Made by a program: the position numbers and the translations under genes
The notes under the pieces: model-generated
The model's input: the letters and a program-made list of their open reading frames with translations, nothing else
What the model was told of the DNA's origin: nothing
Databases searched by the model: none
Assembly: GCA_000830295.1 (NCBI GenBank)
Contig: CP010425.1
Location: 288,001 to 352,000, forward strand
Direction of reading: 5' to 3'
DNA from: an archaeon GW2011_AR15
GTDB taxonomy: Archaea > Nanobdellota > Nanobdellia > Woesearchaeales > GW2011-AR15
DNA: 64,000 nt
Shown: one piece after another, positions 9,823-19,338 of the stretch
How positions within the stretch are numbered: the first letter of the stretch is position 1
How the letters are laid out: each line of letters opens with the position of its first letter

Positions 9823-10329
9823 TTATTCACGCAAGTGTGCTTTGACTGGAATGCCCATGTAGAAAGTAAGGTTCATTTCTGTTATTGGGCCTCCGTCGAC
9901 CTTTTGCCTTGATTCTGATTGGTATGTTACCCTAATAAGCCCATCTGCACCCATATCTTTTGCCTGTTTCCTTATGTCAAGCTCAGAGAAATTTTTCGGC
10001 ATTAGTTTATATACCTCCAAAAGAGTAGCATATGCCATATCCATTATTCCAGATACTGCTTGTCGTTTATCTTCTTCACTAAATTCTCCTAGTTGTGCTT
10101 TGGCATCGAGAATTGTCGTTAGGCTTGCGCTGCCCATGAGTTTCATGACTTTCATAGCTTCTTCTTCTGTGGGTATGATTACACCTTCAACATATCTTTT
10201 GCTGTCAGTCATTGGTATAATACTATAAAGCGTGCCGCTTCTTCCTGCATTATATGTCATATTCAGCTCTTCTAGGCTGCCAGGAAAAAGTATAATATTC
10301 TCAATGCTTTTATGGAAATCATCTGCCAT
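9823..10329 (-). CDS. Hypothetical protein
   Basis: 168-aa ORF with GGAG SD; C-terminal AKDMGADGLI weakly resembles YbjQ-like folds. Confidence 0.65.
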   Translation of the reverse strand: MADDFHKSIENIILFPGSLEELNMTYNAGRSGTLYSIIPMTDSKRYVEGVIIPTEEEAMKVMKLMGSASLTTILDAKAQLGEFSEEDKRQAVSGIMDMAYATLLEVYKLMPKNFSELDIRKQAKDMGADGLIRVTYQSESRQKVDGGPITEMNLTFYMGIPVKAHLRE

Positions 10330-10430
10330 TTTAAGCTCCTATCAGTTTAATCTTATATAAAAAGATTATGTTACATTACCCTTAAAGTGATTACAAACTT
10401 TTAAATAGATAATTCCCCACATACAATCCC

Positions 10431-10787
10431 ATGTCTCTGGCTGCAATAGTAAATACTGAAGCAAAGATGTTGACAACGCAGGGAGACCTATACAAAGTCG
10501 GAGTAGAGGTGCCTTTTGAATTTGCTGAAGGGGCCACATTCCAGGAATTATGGGATAAGGCCCTGCAGGTTGCGGATGAAGAAGGCATAACTTATCCTAT
10601 GTCCCTATTTACCGATTGGGCATATCTGGATGATGCAATCCACTGCGGCGGGGAGTGCGGGCAGCCAATACCATGCACTCTGAAAGAGGATAACTGGCAG
10701 ACCAAGTTCGAAAGATACAGAAATGCAGAGAGTCCGCCACGAGTATTCCTTGTAGAAAGGGATAAGTATAGGTCCATGTGTGAGTAG
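10431..10787 (+). CDS. Hypothetical protein
   Basis: 118-aa ORF after TATA-like TTTTAAATA. Confidence 0.6.
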   Translation: MSLAAIVNTEAKMLTTQGDLYKVGVEVPFEFAEGATFQELWDKALQVADEEGITYPMSLFTDWAYLDDAIHCGGECGQPIPCTLKEDNWQTKFERYRNAESPPRVFLVERDKYRSMCE

Positions 10788-10880
10788 ATGTCTTAAAGTG
10801 CTGAGCACTTAATTCTGAGTATATATAATGATGTTCTTATTACCAATATCTTTAAAAAGATTTGAAATTAACTACTATCT

Positions 10881-11462
10881 ATGCCATTAAACATCGCAGT
10901 CATATACGGCTCTGTAAGGGAAGGGAGATTAGGGACAAGAGTTGCCAAATTCATAGTCAACAAATTAAAAGAAAGGAAGCACGATGCAGTCCTTATCGAC
11001 CCTGTGGAGCACAGGCTCCCCCTGCTTGAGAAGCCGCATAAGTATTATGAGCCGGGCACTGCCCCAGAAGTTATGGAAACTCTCGCCAAAATTCTCACAA
11101 AGGCAGACGGCTTCATCATTGTGAGCGGGGAATACAACCACGGCATCCCGCCTGCGCTGAAAAACCTTCTTGACCATTTCTACACAAAGGAATTCGGGTT
11201 CAAGCCGAGTGCAATAGCCTGCTATTCAATAGGGCCTTTCGGAGGAGTGAGGGCTGCAATGCAGCTGAGGGCTGTGCTGCCTGAACTGAAAATGCCGAGC
11301 ATACCCACATTGTTCCCTGTGCAGAAAGTTCATGAATCATTTGACGAGAACGGGAATCCTCTGGATGATTCATACAATGAAAAGGCAGATAAATTCCTTG
11401 ATGAGTTTGAGTGGTATGCAAATGCCATGAAAGAGGCAAGGAAGAAAGGGACGCCTTACTGA
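10881..11462 (+). CDS. NADPH-dependent FMN reductase
   Basis: GSVREGR, EYNHGIPPALKNLLD, GGVRA. Confidence 0.93.
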   Translation: MPLNIAVIYGSVREGRLGTRVAKFIVNKLKERKHDAVLIDPVEHRLPLLEKPHKYYEPGTAPEVMETLAKILTKADGFIIVSGEYNHGIPPALKNLLDHFYTKEFGFKPSAIACYSIGPFGGVRAAMQLRAVLPELKMPSIPTLFPVQKVHESFDENGNPLDDSYNEKADKFLDEFEWYANAMKEARKKGTPY

Positions 11463-12940
11463 TTGAGCAATTCTCCCAGTTTATCTTTTAATTTTGATAT
11501 CTTAATCCTTTCCTGCTTCGTATTATCTCTGTCCCTTATGGTAACTGCCTTGTCTTCAAGCGTCTCAAAGTCAATGGTTATGCAGAATGGGATCCCCTGC
11601 TCGTCTGCCCTTGCATACCTTCTTCCGATGCTTCCGCCCCTGTCATATGTGCAGGCAAACTCGTCCTTCAGCATGTCATAGACTTTTCTTGCGTCCTTGT
11701 CAAGCTTGTTGATCAGCGGGAAAACCCCCACCTTTATCGGAGCAAGCTTCGGATGCAGCTTCAGCACAATGTTGCCTCTTTCCGTGTCATCATTGTAGGC
11801 ATCATACAGGAAAGACATGAATGCCCTGTCAACCCCGAAAGAGGGCTCTATCACCCTGGGCACAATCCTCCCTTTCTCATCCTCGTCAAATATCTCAAGT
11901 GATTTTCCTGAATGCTTCATGTGCTGTGCCAGATCAAACTGCCCCCTGTTTGCATTCCCGTATATCTCTTTCCAGCCGAACGGAAAGTTGTAGTCTATGT
12001 CAAATGTTGCGCTTGAGTAATGGCTCAACTCTGTTTTTGTGTGCTCCCTTACTCTCAGGTTTTCTTCTTTCATGCCAAGGCCTGTAAACCATAAGTAGGA
12101 TTCTGCAAGCCAGTAGGCGTGCCACTCGTCCAGCTTCTTTTTCTTCAGCATGTCTGAAATTTTTGTCTGGCTGTGCTCTTTCTTCTTCTCCTGGTCTTCT
12201 GCTGAATAGAAAAAGAAAGCGAGGTCAAGGTGCTTTTTCTCCAAAAGAAGACATTTCCTGTCATCAGGCTTTATGAAAAATTCCAGCTCCATCTGCTCAA
12301 ACTCCCTTGTCCTGAAAAGGAAATTCCTTGGGGAAATCTCATTCCTGAACGCCTTTCCCACCTGCGCTATACCGAATGGAAGCTTTACCCTGCTTGAATC
12401 AACTATGTTCCTGAATGCCGCAAAAATAAGCTGGGCTGTCTCTCCTCTCAGGTATGCGGTTGAGTCTTTTGTCTTCTCTGCCCCAATCTGCACAGGGAAC
12501 ATCAGGTTGAATGATTCAACAGGCTTCAGGTCTGATTTGCACTCAGGGCATTTTATATTATTGTCTGCTATTAATTTGTTCAGGGCATCTGCCTTTATCC
12601 CGTCTACATTTATCTTCAGAGTATCTTCAACAAGGCTGTCCGCCCTGTGGCTTTTCCCGCATTTCACGCACTGCACAAGCATGTCAGAGAAGCTTGCCAG
12701 GTGTCCTGATGCTTCCCATATCTTTGCGCTTGAAATCAGGGAGCCGTCCAGTCCGAAAACATCCTCCCTTGACTGCACGAATGTCTTCCACCAGCTGGCC
12801 TTGATGTTGTTCTTCAGCTCAACCCCCAGCGGCCCGTATTCAAAAAAGCCCGCCATTCCGCCGTAGATTTCTGTGCTTGGGAAAACAAATCCCTTTTTCT
12901 TGGCAAAAACAGCCAGCTCATCTATAGATAGTTTAGACAT
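11456..12940 (-). CDS. glyS: Glycine--tRNA ligase (alpha2 type)
   Basis: LRGETAQ, FRNEISPR, REFEQMELE, IEPSFGVDR, anticodon-binding GSIGRRYAR. Confidence 0.97.
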   Translation of the reverse strand: MSKLSIDELAVFAKKKGFVFPSTEIYGGMAGFFEYGPLGVELKNNIKASWWKTFVQSREDVFGLDGSLISSAKIWEASGHLASFSDMLVQCVKCGKSHRADSLVEDTLKINVDGIKADALNKLIADNNIKCPECKSDLKPVESFNLMFPVQIGAEKTKDSTAYLRGETAQLIFAAFRNIVDSSRVKLPFGIAQVGKAFRNEISPRNFLFRTREFEQMELEFFIKPDDRKCLLLEKKHLDLAFFFYSAEDQEKKKEHSQTKISDMLKKKKLDEWHAYWLAESYLWFTGLGMKEENLRVREHTKTELSHYSSATFDIDYNFPFGWKEIYGNANRGQFDLAQHMKHSGKSLEIFDEDEKGRIVPRVIEPSFGVDRAFMSFLYDAYNDDTERGNIVLKLHPKLAPIKVGVFPLINKLDKDARKVYDMLKDEFACTYDRGGSIGRRYARADEQGIPFCITIDFETLEDKAVTIRDRDNTKQERIKISKLKDKLGELLNQ

Positions 12941-12982
12941 CTTCCCTCAGTAAGCATGTTTTATCCTTTTTTTATATATTTA

Positions 12983-13126
12983 TTGAAAATTTCAGCTTGA
13001 AGAAGAAATTTTCAAGGTTTAATTAACCCTCGGGCTGAAATTTTCAAGACTAAAAATCCGCCAATCAATGTAAAAATCCTCCTGTTCCTGCTTTTAGTCC
13101 GGATAACTCCTGATAGCGGATTTTTA
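12983..13126. repeat. Two adjacent inverted-repeat pairs
   Basis: TTGAAAATTTCAGC 12983-12996 / GCTGAAATTTTCAA 13034-13047; TAAAAATCCGC 13051-13061 / GCGGATTTTTA 13116-13126. Confidence 0.8.
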
Positions 13127-13130
13127 TTAT

Positions 13131-13532
13131 CTACTTCAGCAATATATTGACTGTGAAGTCTTTAAGCTCCATGTACGATGTTTCTGCTATCAGTCCAAGC
13201 TCCTTTCCTGAGTATTCCGGTCTTAGTGATAATCCCTGGGCAGTCCATGACGGGCTGCCGAGAATATCATACATGAAGACCTGTTCAAATGCATACTGTA
13301 ATTCTTCATCTTTTACCTGTTCCAGTTTCCTGTCTTTCCCAATGAGGAAAAGTTTGTTCTCTATAATTATGTAGTTCTCTTCTGCTGAATCATTGATGTA
13401 ATCCACGCTAAAAACATACTCGCTTATCTCAGGAGTCGCAGCACTTATAATGTATGCTGCGGGAGCTGCTATTGATAATGCCAAAGCTCCAATTGCAAGA
13501 GTATCACGTATTGCTGCTCTAATGTTTGTCAT
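13131..13532 (-). CDS. Hypothetical secreted/membrane-anchored protein
   Basis: Start reassigned to MTNIRAA (GGTGA SD upstream); N-terminal hydrophobic segment. Confidence 0.6.
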   Translation of the reverse strand: MTNIRAAIRDTLAIGALALSIAAPAAYIISAATPEISEYVFSVDYINDSAEENYIIIENKLFLIGKDRKLEQVKDEELQYAFEQVFMYDILGSPSWTAQGLSLRPEYSGKELGLIAETSYMELKDFTVNILLK

Positions 13533-13678
13533 GCTAATCACCAAAAAGTTGGTAGTTGGATGTTTTTTAAATTTAGCTGAGAATTTTTTGTCATTATATA
13601 GATAAAAACGTATTTTATTAGATAGAATATTATAAAAATGATAAAATTTAAATAAAAATATCCATTTATACATAATTT

Positions 13679-14134
13679 ATGGACGAAATTGATAAGAAAA
13701 TACTAAATGAGCTCCAGACTAATTCCGGCAGAAAGATTTCAGAGCTTGCTTCTTTACTGAATCTTCCGAGGACAACTGTCCACAACAGGATCAGAAAATT
13801 GCAGGATGATAAAACTATCATTAGGCAGAAAGCAGTGCTGGATATGAAGAAGATAGGCAAGCCAATATGCGCTCTTGTGCACATTGTAATAACTTCAAAG
13901 GAAAGCGTGCATGAAGTGGCCGGGAGGCTGAAAAAAGACGGGAAAGTGGAAGAAGTCTATATCATGGCAGGCCAGTTTGATATAATCGCAAAGGCCAGGC
14001 TTAAAGATAATGAAGAGCTTTCTGAATTCATATTCGGCAAAGAAAAAGGGCTGAGGTCATGGCCTTCGGTTGAAAGGACAGAAAGCATGATTGTGCTGGA
14101 TACTATGAAAGAAAATGGCGTAATCCGGCTTTAG
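13679..14134 (+). CDS. Lrp/AsnC family transcriptional regulator
   Basis: MDEIDKKILNELQ HTH, AGQFDII RAM domain. Confidence 0.95.
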   Translation: MDEIDKKILNELQTNSGRKISELASLLNLPRTTVHNRIRKLQDDKTIIRQKAVLDMKKIGKPICALVHIVITSKESVHEVAGRLKKDGKVEEVYIMAGQFDIIAKARLKDNEELSEFIFGKEKGLRSWPSVERTESMIVLDTMKENGVIRL

Positions 14135-14152
14135 TTCTCCTCTATAAACGCA

Positions 14153-15355
14153 TTATTTTTTTAGATAATCTATTTCCGCATCATCCAATTCAAAATACTC
14201 AGCCAGCTTCTCAGCCTCTGCCTTGTTTTTCTTAAATATGACTCTGACATAAGGCAGCGTGTCCTGGATTGCCCTCCTGGAAGAAGTGTGCGTCTTCTCA
14301 GCAATCTTGCCTGCTATTGACTTTCTCTTGGCATTTTTCTGGTTGAACATCCACATCTTCAGTATCCTTGTGGTCCTTGTATACTTGTTGAATCCGGGAT
14401 ATCTCTCTTTTTTTGACAGGGCAATCCCTGCTGTAAGAAGGTCATTGATATAGACCAGAAACCTCCAGTGCTGCCTTCTCAGTATCCTTCCCCTGAAAAC
14501 ATCAGCCCTGCTCAGGACATCATAGGCTTTTGCAAGGTCCTCATGGTCCTTGTATTCCTTAGGCAGGTTTTCATCTATCCATAAGAATATTTCATCAGTA
14601 TCCTCATCAACATCCTCAAGAGCAGGGAGGGCAACCTCAGGGCTTGTAGTCTTCAGTATTCTCATAAGGGCATTAATCATTGTGTCTGCCTGCCTTCTTC
14701 CTGAAAGCTCATCAACATCCCCTTTAGAAAGTTTTTTGGTGTTCTCTGCAAGTGTCTGGAGGTCGTTTATTGCCCCCCTCAAATCTCCGCCTGCCCTTCT
14801 CGCAAGAGTCTCAAGGGAAACCTCATCATATTCTATTGATTCTTTCTCAGCGATTTTTTTCAGCACTGCAAGGACAGACGGATATGCCAGTGTCCTGAAC
14901 TCTATCATTGCTGATTTTTTTCTCAGCGTGGAGAATTTCTTGTCAAAGGGGTCGTTGGCAGTCATTATCACGGGGAACTGTGTCTTGTCCAGCAGCTTGG
15001 CAAGCTCTGAAATCCCTCCCCTGTCTGCGCTTCCCGAGACGCCGTCAATCTCATCAACAAGAATAAGCTTCCCTCTTGAAAAAAGGGACATCTGCATCAT
15101 TGCAGGCCCGAGCTTCTCTTTTATTGATTCAGCATTCCTTACATCAGAGGCATTCACTTCAATAATCTCAAGCTCGTTCTCTCCGGCAACTGCATGCACC
15201 ATGGAAGTTTTCCCGCTTCCGGGAGGGCCATAGACCAGCGCTGCCCTTTTTTTTGGAAAACTGCCAAGAAAACTCTTCACTTCCTCAACTGCCTTGTTCT
15301 GCCCCTGGGTAAACTCAGTTGACTTAGGCTGGTATTTTACAGACCATGGTTGCAT
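14153..15355 (-). CDS. rfcL: Replication factor C large subunit
   Basis: PWSVKYQP, GPPGSGKT, EVNASD, DEIDG, GDLRGAINDLQ. Confidence 0.95.
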   Translation of the reverse strand: MQPWSVKYQPKSTEFTQGQNKAVEEVKSFLGSFPKKRAALVYGPPGSGKTSMVHAVAGENELEIIEVNASDVRNAESIKEKLGPAMMQMSLFSRGKLILVDEIDGVSGSADRGGISELAKLLDKTQFPVIMTANDPFDKKFSTLRKKSAMIEFRTLAYPSVLAVLKKIAEKESIEYDEVSLETLARRAGGDLRGAINDLQTLAENTKKLSKGDVDELSGRRQADTMINALMRILKTTSPEVALPALEDVDEDTDEIFLWIDENLPKEYKDHEDLAKAYDVLSRADVFRGRILRRQHWRFLVYINDLLTAGIALSKKERYPGFNKYTRTTRILKMWMFNQKNAKRKSIAGKIAEKTHTSSRRAIQDTLPYVRVIFKKNKAEAEKLAEYFELDDAEIDYLKK

Positions 15356-15397
15356 TAGAAAAGAGAAAGCATGAAGGTTTAAAAGGTTTATTGATAA

Positions 15398-16057
15398 TTA
15401 TTTTTTCTTCACGACAAATATGCAGTGGTCCTTCTCAAAAGGATCAAGGAGTTTGAAATCAACAACAGTAAGCTCTTTTTCCAATTGTATTCTGACTTCC
15501 TGGTAGATCTGCTTTGGCTTCCTGGTTATGTCTACTGAACGGGACTTAACAGCAAGCATTCCGAACCCGTCTTTCTTTAAAAACAAACGGCAGTTTTTCA
15601 GGAATATCTCTGCCTGGTTTTTCTGCGCAACATCCATGAAGATAAAATCAGCGCTGTGTATCCTGTGGCTGTATAAGTGCGGCTGGTTTGCGTCCGCCAT
15701 TATGGGCGTCATGTTCTTTCTTTTCTCGCACAGGAAAACTAAATCGCGCACAACCCTCGGCGCAAAGTCAAGCGCAAAAATAAACCCGTCCTTGCCGACA
15801 ATGTCAGAGACATATGAGACTGTATAGCCGTGGCTGGCTCCAAGATAGAGGACTGTGTCGCCAGGCTTCACCCCTACCTGCGAAAGGCCTTTGACTATGC
15901 CTGCTCCGAGCTTGCTTCTCCTTGCGTCCAGCTGCCTATATTCTTTCCCCTCTGATTTCTCTGTTTCCTCCTCAAAAAAAGTCTGGCCTGGAGTGAGATT
16001 AAGGGTAAATAGCCTCTGCCCTCTTTCATAGATATTCTGGAATTTTGTCTGCTTCAT
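15398..16057 (-). CDS. flpA: Fibrillarin-like rRNA/tRNA 2'-O-methyltransferase
   Basis: RSKLGA, VLYLGASHGYTVS, DVAQ, LDPFEKDH. Confidence 0.95.
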   Translation of the reverse strand: MKQTKFQNIYERGQRLFTLNLTPGQTFFEEETEKSEGKEYRQLDARRSKLGAGIVKGLSQVGVKPGDTVLYLGASHGYTVSYVSDIVGKDGFIFALDFAPRVVRDLVFLCEKRKNMTPIMADANQPHLYSHRIHSADFIFMDVAQKNQAEIFLKNCRLFLKKDGFGMLAVKSRSVDITRKPKQIYQEVRIQLEKELTVVDFKLLDPFEKDHCIFVVKKK

Positions 16058-16593
16058 CTCTGCTCCCTCAGTTCATTTAACAACTCAACCAGTTTCGGGT
16101 GCTTTACCATGGCTTTTGTTGACTCCCAGAATGAATCAAATGACTCATCTGGTTTTTTCTCGTACTCAAATGCCTGGAAAACCATCTCAAGCTTGTCAAG
16201 CTCTTTTGCAAATCTTGCCTCTCCTGTTTTCTGCTCTTCAAATTCATCCCAGACTGAAATCAGCTCATGTGCTGTTTCCTTATCAAGGTCTTTCACAATA
16301 TCCCTCATTGCTCTTTTCTCTTTCTCATGCTTTGCTTTTTTGAATTCCGGTGTGTCATTATGGTTTGTGATTATATCCCCTACAACAGTCTCTGCAAGGT
16401 CATGTATTATTGCCATTTTCAGCACTTTCCCTTTGTCCAGCTCCGGAGGGCATAATACTATTGCCATCATTGCTGTCCTGTATGTGTGGTCTGCCACGCT
16501 TTCCGGGTTTTCTATATTCAGCTTCACCCAGCCCGCCCTTTTCAGGATCTTCAGCTTGTTGGCCTGCTGGAGGAATTTTACCATGCCTTTCAT
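16054..16593 (-). CDS. HD-domain phosphohydrolase (YfbR/HDDC2-like)
   Basis: KRAGW, ESVADH, HDLAE, DKLE. Confidence 0.9.
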   Translation of the reverse strand: MKGMVKFLQQANKLKILKRAGWVKLNIENPESVADHTYRTAMMAIVLCPPELDKGKVLKMAIIHDLAETVVGDIITNHNDTPEFKKAKHEKEKRAMRDIVKDLDKETAHELISVWDEFEEQKTGEARFAKELDKLEMVFQAFEYEKKPDESFDSFWESTKAMVKHPKLVELLNELREQR

Positions 16594-17540
16594 TTAAACT
16601 TCTCCTCCAGCTCTTTCTTCAGCTTGTCTCCTATAAACTTGCCCTTGAAATAATCAACCTTTACTGCCATTGATATCTTGTCAGCAAGCGCCCTGGCTGC
16701 CTTTCCCTTGTCTCCTTTCTCCGCTTTCTGCAGCAGAGGGTGGTCTATTATGATCCCGTGCTTCGGCGCTTTTGCATTCCTTGTCATATGCCTGAAAAGA
16801 GCCTTCTCTGCTCCCAATAACTGTATTGTTGAGGCCGGCATCATTACCATATTCCTTAAAGAGCCTGCAATCACAATCAGCTTTGCGCCTATTGAATATC
16901 CTGCAACAGCGACAAGATTGGGGCATGTCCTGTCCATGTGCGCTTCCATGTTTTTTTCCTGCCTTTCCTTATGCCTGTATAAATCAAGAATAGTGGCTGC
17001 AAGGTCTTTCGCCCCTGTATTATCCTCTCCAGTCCCCATTGTCCTCTTTATGTCAAATTCTTTCTTCAGCTCCTCTGCTGATTTTTTCGCTACAAGCTCT
17101 GCAAAATGCTGATGATCAGTTATTATCCCGTCAAGCTCAGGCAGGACATGGCCGTACATCTCCCTTAATCTTTTGGAAAGCATGTTGATTGCCTTGCTGA
17201 TTTCAACAACAGAGCTTGAAAGCTGCAATATCAATAAATCGTCTGTAACTGATTCCCTTACCTGCTCTCCTGTAAGGTAGAGATTGTTTTTGTAGAATTC
17301 CTCCCGGTATTGCTCGAGTTCCGGAGATATTTTTTCAAAATCAGCAGGATCGTCAGAATAAGTCAGTGATTTTATTGACTTGAATTTCCTGAGGAACTCT
17401 TTTTCTGTGTCAAGCTCTTCCCTGTTCTCCAGCTGTTTTGCTATCTTAGGGATGTCTTTTTCCTTAAAGAGCACTTTCTCCCTTATCTGGAAGTTCTGGT
17501 TGAATACAAAAGTCCCGACGATGTTTGAATACAGGTACAT
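16590..17540 (-). CDS. nop5: Box C/D RNP core protein Nop5/Nop56
   Basis: PNLVAVAG, PASTIQLLGAEKALF, PKHGII, GKAARALA; adjacent to fibrillarin. Confidence 0.95.
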   Translation of the reverse strand: MYLYSNIVGTFVFNQNFQIREKVLFKEKDIPKIAKQLENREELDTEKEFLRKFKSIKSLTYSDDPADFEKISPELEQYREEFYKNNLYLTGEQVRESVTDDLLILQLSSSVVEISKAINMLSKRLREMYGHVLPELDGIITDHQHFAELVAKKSAEELKKEFDIKRTMGTGEDNTGAKDLAATILDLYRHKERQEKNMEAHMDRTCPNLVAVAGYSIGAKLIVIAGSLRNMVMMPASTIQLLGAEKALFRHMTRNAKAPKHGIIIDHPLLQKAEKGDKGKAARALADKISMAVKVDYFKGKFIGDKLKKELEEKFK

Positions 17541-17656
17541 GAAATTTGTGAAAGAAGAGGTATTTTAATAATTGATGGTTTTGCTTGTCCGCAGATCTGA
17601 TTTTATCACCATAGAACAAAAAGCAAGAATTTAAATAGTTATAATGCTTAATATTA

Positions 17657-17750
17657 AATCCCTGAGTAGGAGGTACCAATAAGCAAGTTCCACTAACGGG
17701 TTAAGCTGAGTATGGTCTTGATGAGGGTTTGATTCCTACAAGGGGACTTT
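17657..17750 (+). ncRNA. Candidate small structured RNA
   Basis: TATA TTTAAATA 17630-17637; terminal stem TCCCT..GTAGGA / TCCTAC.AGGGG; internal CTGA (17706) and TGATGA (17719); T-run at 17760-17765; no ORF. Confidence 0.5.
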
Positions 17751-17764
17751 CTAAATAACTTTTT

Positions 17765-18439
17765 TCAGGTCTTGATTAATGTGTACCTGATGAATGTCGG
17801 CAGAAGCGTCGGTTCAGCACAGTAATTAAATCCTGATAATTCTATTAAATTTTCGAAAAACTTTTTACTATGTGAAAATACGGTCACTCCCAGCCATTCT
17901 CTGGCTATCCATACCCTAAAAGAACCAATCAATTCGTCAAACTTATTTTTACTAAAAGAGTCACGAAAAGTGATAACTCCCCCTTCAGCCAGGACATTCT
18001 TCCATTGCGCAAAAAGCAGTCGAAGATGTCTTTGATCAAAATATTCCAAAAATCCGTCTGTTTCTATCCAGTCAATGCTATGCTTTTTTATGAATGAATC
18101 AAGTTCCAGTGCATTTATTTTTTTTACAATTATATCCAGAGGGGAATATTTTGCACCAACTAATTTTCTGACTGCACGTATCTGTTCATCTCCTATATCA
18201 ATAATAATGATTTTTGCATTTTTGTTTTTGCCGGTCACAAATTTTATGAATTCATCCGCTGTAGCCTCATTTCCAACGCCGCAGAGCAAAGCTGAAAAAG
18301 ATTTTTTTGAAAAATTTAAGCTGAAATTAAGTCTTTTCAGATTTTTCAGGCATTTTTTATATGATGAGCGGAGATAAATGCGCCATAATGGGGTGCCGAT
18401 AATAATCTTGAATCTCCGATAATAGCTTTTATGTTTCAT
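17765..18439 (-). CDS. Class I SAM-dependent methyltransferase-like protein
   Basis: LLCGVG, IIDI, LAEGG motifs; low GC. Confidence 0.6.
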   Translation of the reverse strand: MKHKSYYRRFKIIIGTPLWRIYLRSSYKKCLKNLKRLNFSLNFSKKSFSALLCGVGNEATADEFIKFVTGKNKNAKIIIIDIGDEQIRAVRKLVGAKYSPLDIIVKKINALELDSFIKKHSIDWIETDGFLEYFDQRHLRLLFAQWKNVLAEGGVITFRDSFSKNKFDELIGSFRVWIAREWLGVTVFSHSKKFFENLIELSGFNYCAEPTLLPTFIRYTLIKT

Positions 18440-18440
18440 T

Positions 18441-19334
18441 TTAAAGTAATTTTACGGCGTGTTCTGAGAAGTTCATAAGTGCCTCTTTATTTTTTATAGA
18501 AACTCCCGATAATATCCGCTTTAAATCATCCTGAAACTGCATTATCAGCTTCCTGCAGTGCGCTTCAGAAGTTATTGTTGCCAATGTATTCTTGCCTGCT
18601 TTCCTGTCCTGCTCAATATCCCCAAGGTCATCCTGGAGCTGGAACATTACCCCAAGTTTTTTTCCGAATTCATTCAGCTCGTGCTGCGTATGCCCGTCTT
18701 TTCCTGCAAGCATAGCCCCAAGCTGGAATGATGCCCCAAATAATGCTCCTGTCTTGAGCCCTGCCATTTTCAGATACTCCTGCTCTGTCGGCTTCCTGCT
18801 CTCAAACATCATGTCATACATCTGCCCGTGATGCAGAAGCTGGTCTGTTTTCTCCAATAGCTCGACTGCCTTGTATTTTTTCTCATCCGGAAAATCAGAA
18901 CTGAATATTGCTTTTTTTGAAAGTATATTTGTAATATTCCCAAGCATCATTGCAAAGCTCACAGCCTGCCTTGAAGGGCTGTCTGAAAATAATTTGCTTT
19001 CTGACTTGCCTGTTTTCTGCAGTTTCCTTACCATTTCGTGGACTGTTGGCTTCCCTCTTCTCAGCTCATCCTCATCCATTATGTCATCCAGGATCAGGGA
19101 GTAATTATGGTGGAGCTCAACTGCAACAGCAGGCAGCATTATTTTTTTAGGGTTTCCCCCTGAAGAAACATAAGAGAGGATTGCGGCCATCGGCCTCAGT
19201 CTCTTGCCGCCACTCATCACGTATCCTTTTAGTATATTATAGTATGGCCTGAGGTTTTCAGGGGTATCCCTTATTTCATTGCCAAGAAAAGCATCGAGAA
19301 TTTCTTCAAACTTTTTTTTATGCTCAGTTATCAT
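18441..19334 (-). CDS. idsA: Short-chain polyprenyl diphosphate synthase (GGPP synthase-like)
   Basis: GGKRLRP, first Asp-rich motif DDIMD..RRG with Tyr at -5, KTG, QDD. Confidence 0.9.
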   Translation of the reverse strand: MITEHKKKFEEILDAFLGNEIRDTPENLRPYYNILKGYVMSGGKRLRPMAAILSYVSSGGNPKKIMLPAVAVELHHNYSLILDDIMDEDELRRGKPTVHEMVRKLQKTGKSESKLFSDSPSRQAVSFAMMLGNITNILSKKAIFSSDFPDEKKYKAVELLEKTDQLLHHGQMYDMMFESRKPTEQEYLKMAGLKTGALFGASFQLGAMLAGKDGHTQHELNEFGKKLGVMFQLQDDLGDIEQDRKAGKNTLATITSEAHCRKLIMQFQDDLKRILSGVSIKNKEALMNFSEHAVKLL

Positions 19335-19338
19335 TTTA

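Noticed and set aside
10796-10810. Small palindrome AAGTGC-TGA-GCACTT
   Set aside because: Only 6 bp; at most a terminator or operator, with too little evidence.
17686-17702. CTA 'anticodon' suggesting an amber suppressor tRNA or recoding
   Set aside because: Stem is mostly G-U, U33 is absent, no proper D arm; TAG ends conserved genes (leuS, trpS, rpoN) at their expected C-termini.
17735-17744. CCTACAAGGG shared with 53890-53899; GAGGGTTAAT shared by the rps13 leader and the glyS upstream region
   Set aside because: 10-mer matches occur by chance in 64 kb, and their structural contexts differ.
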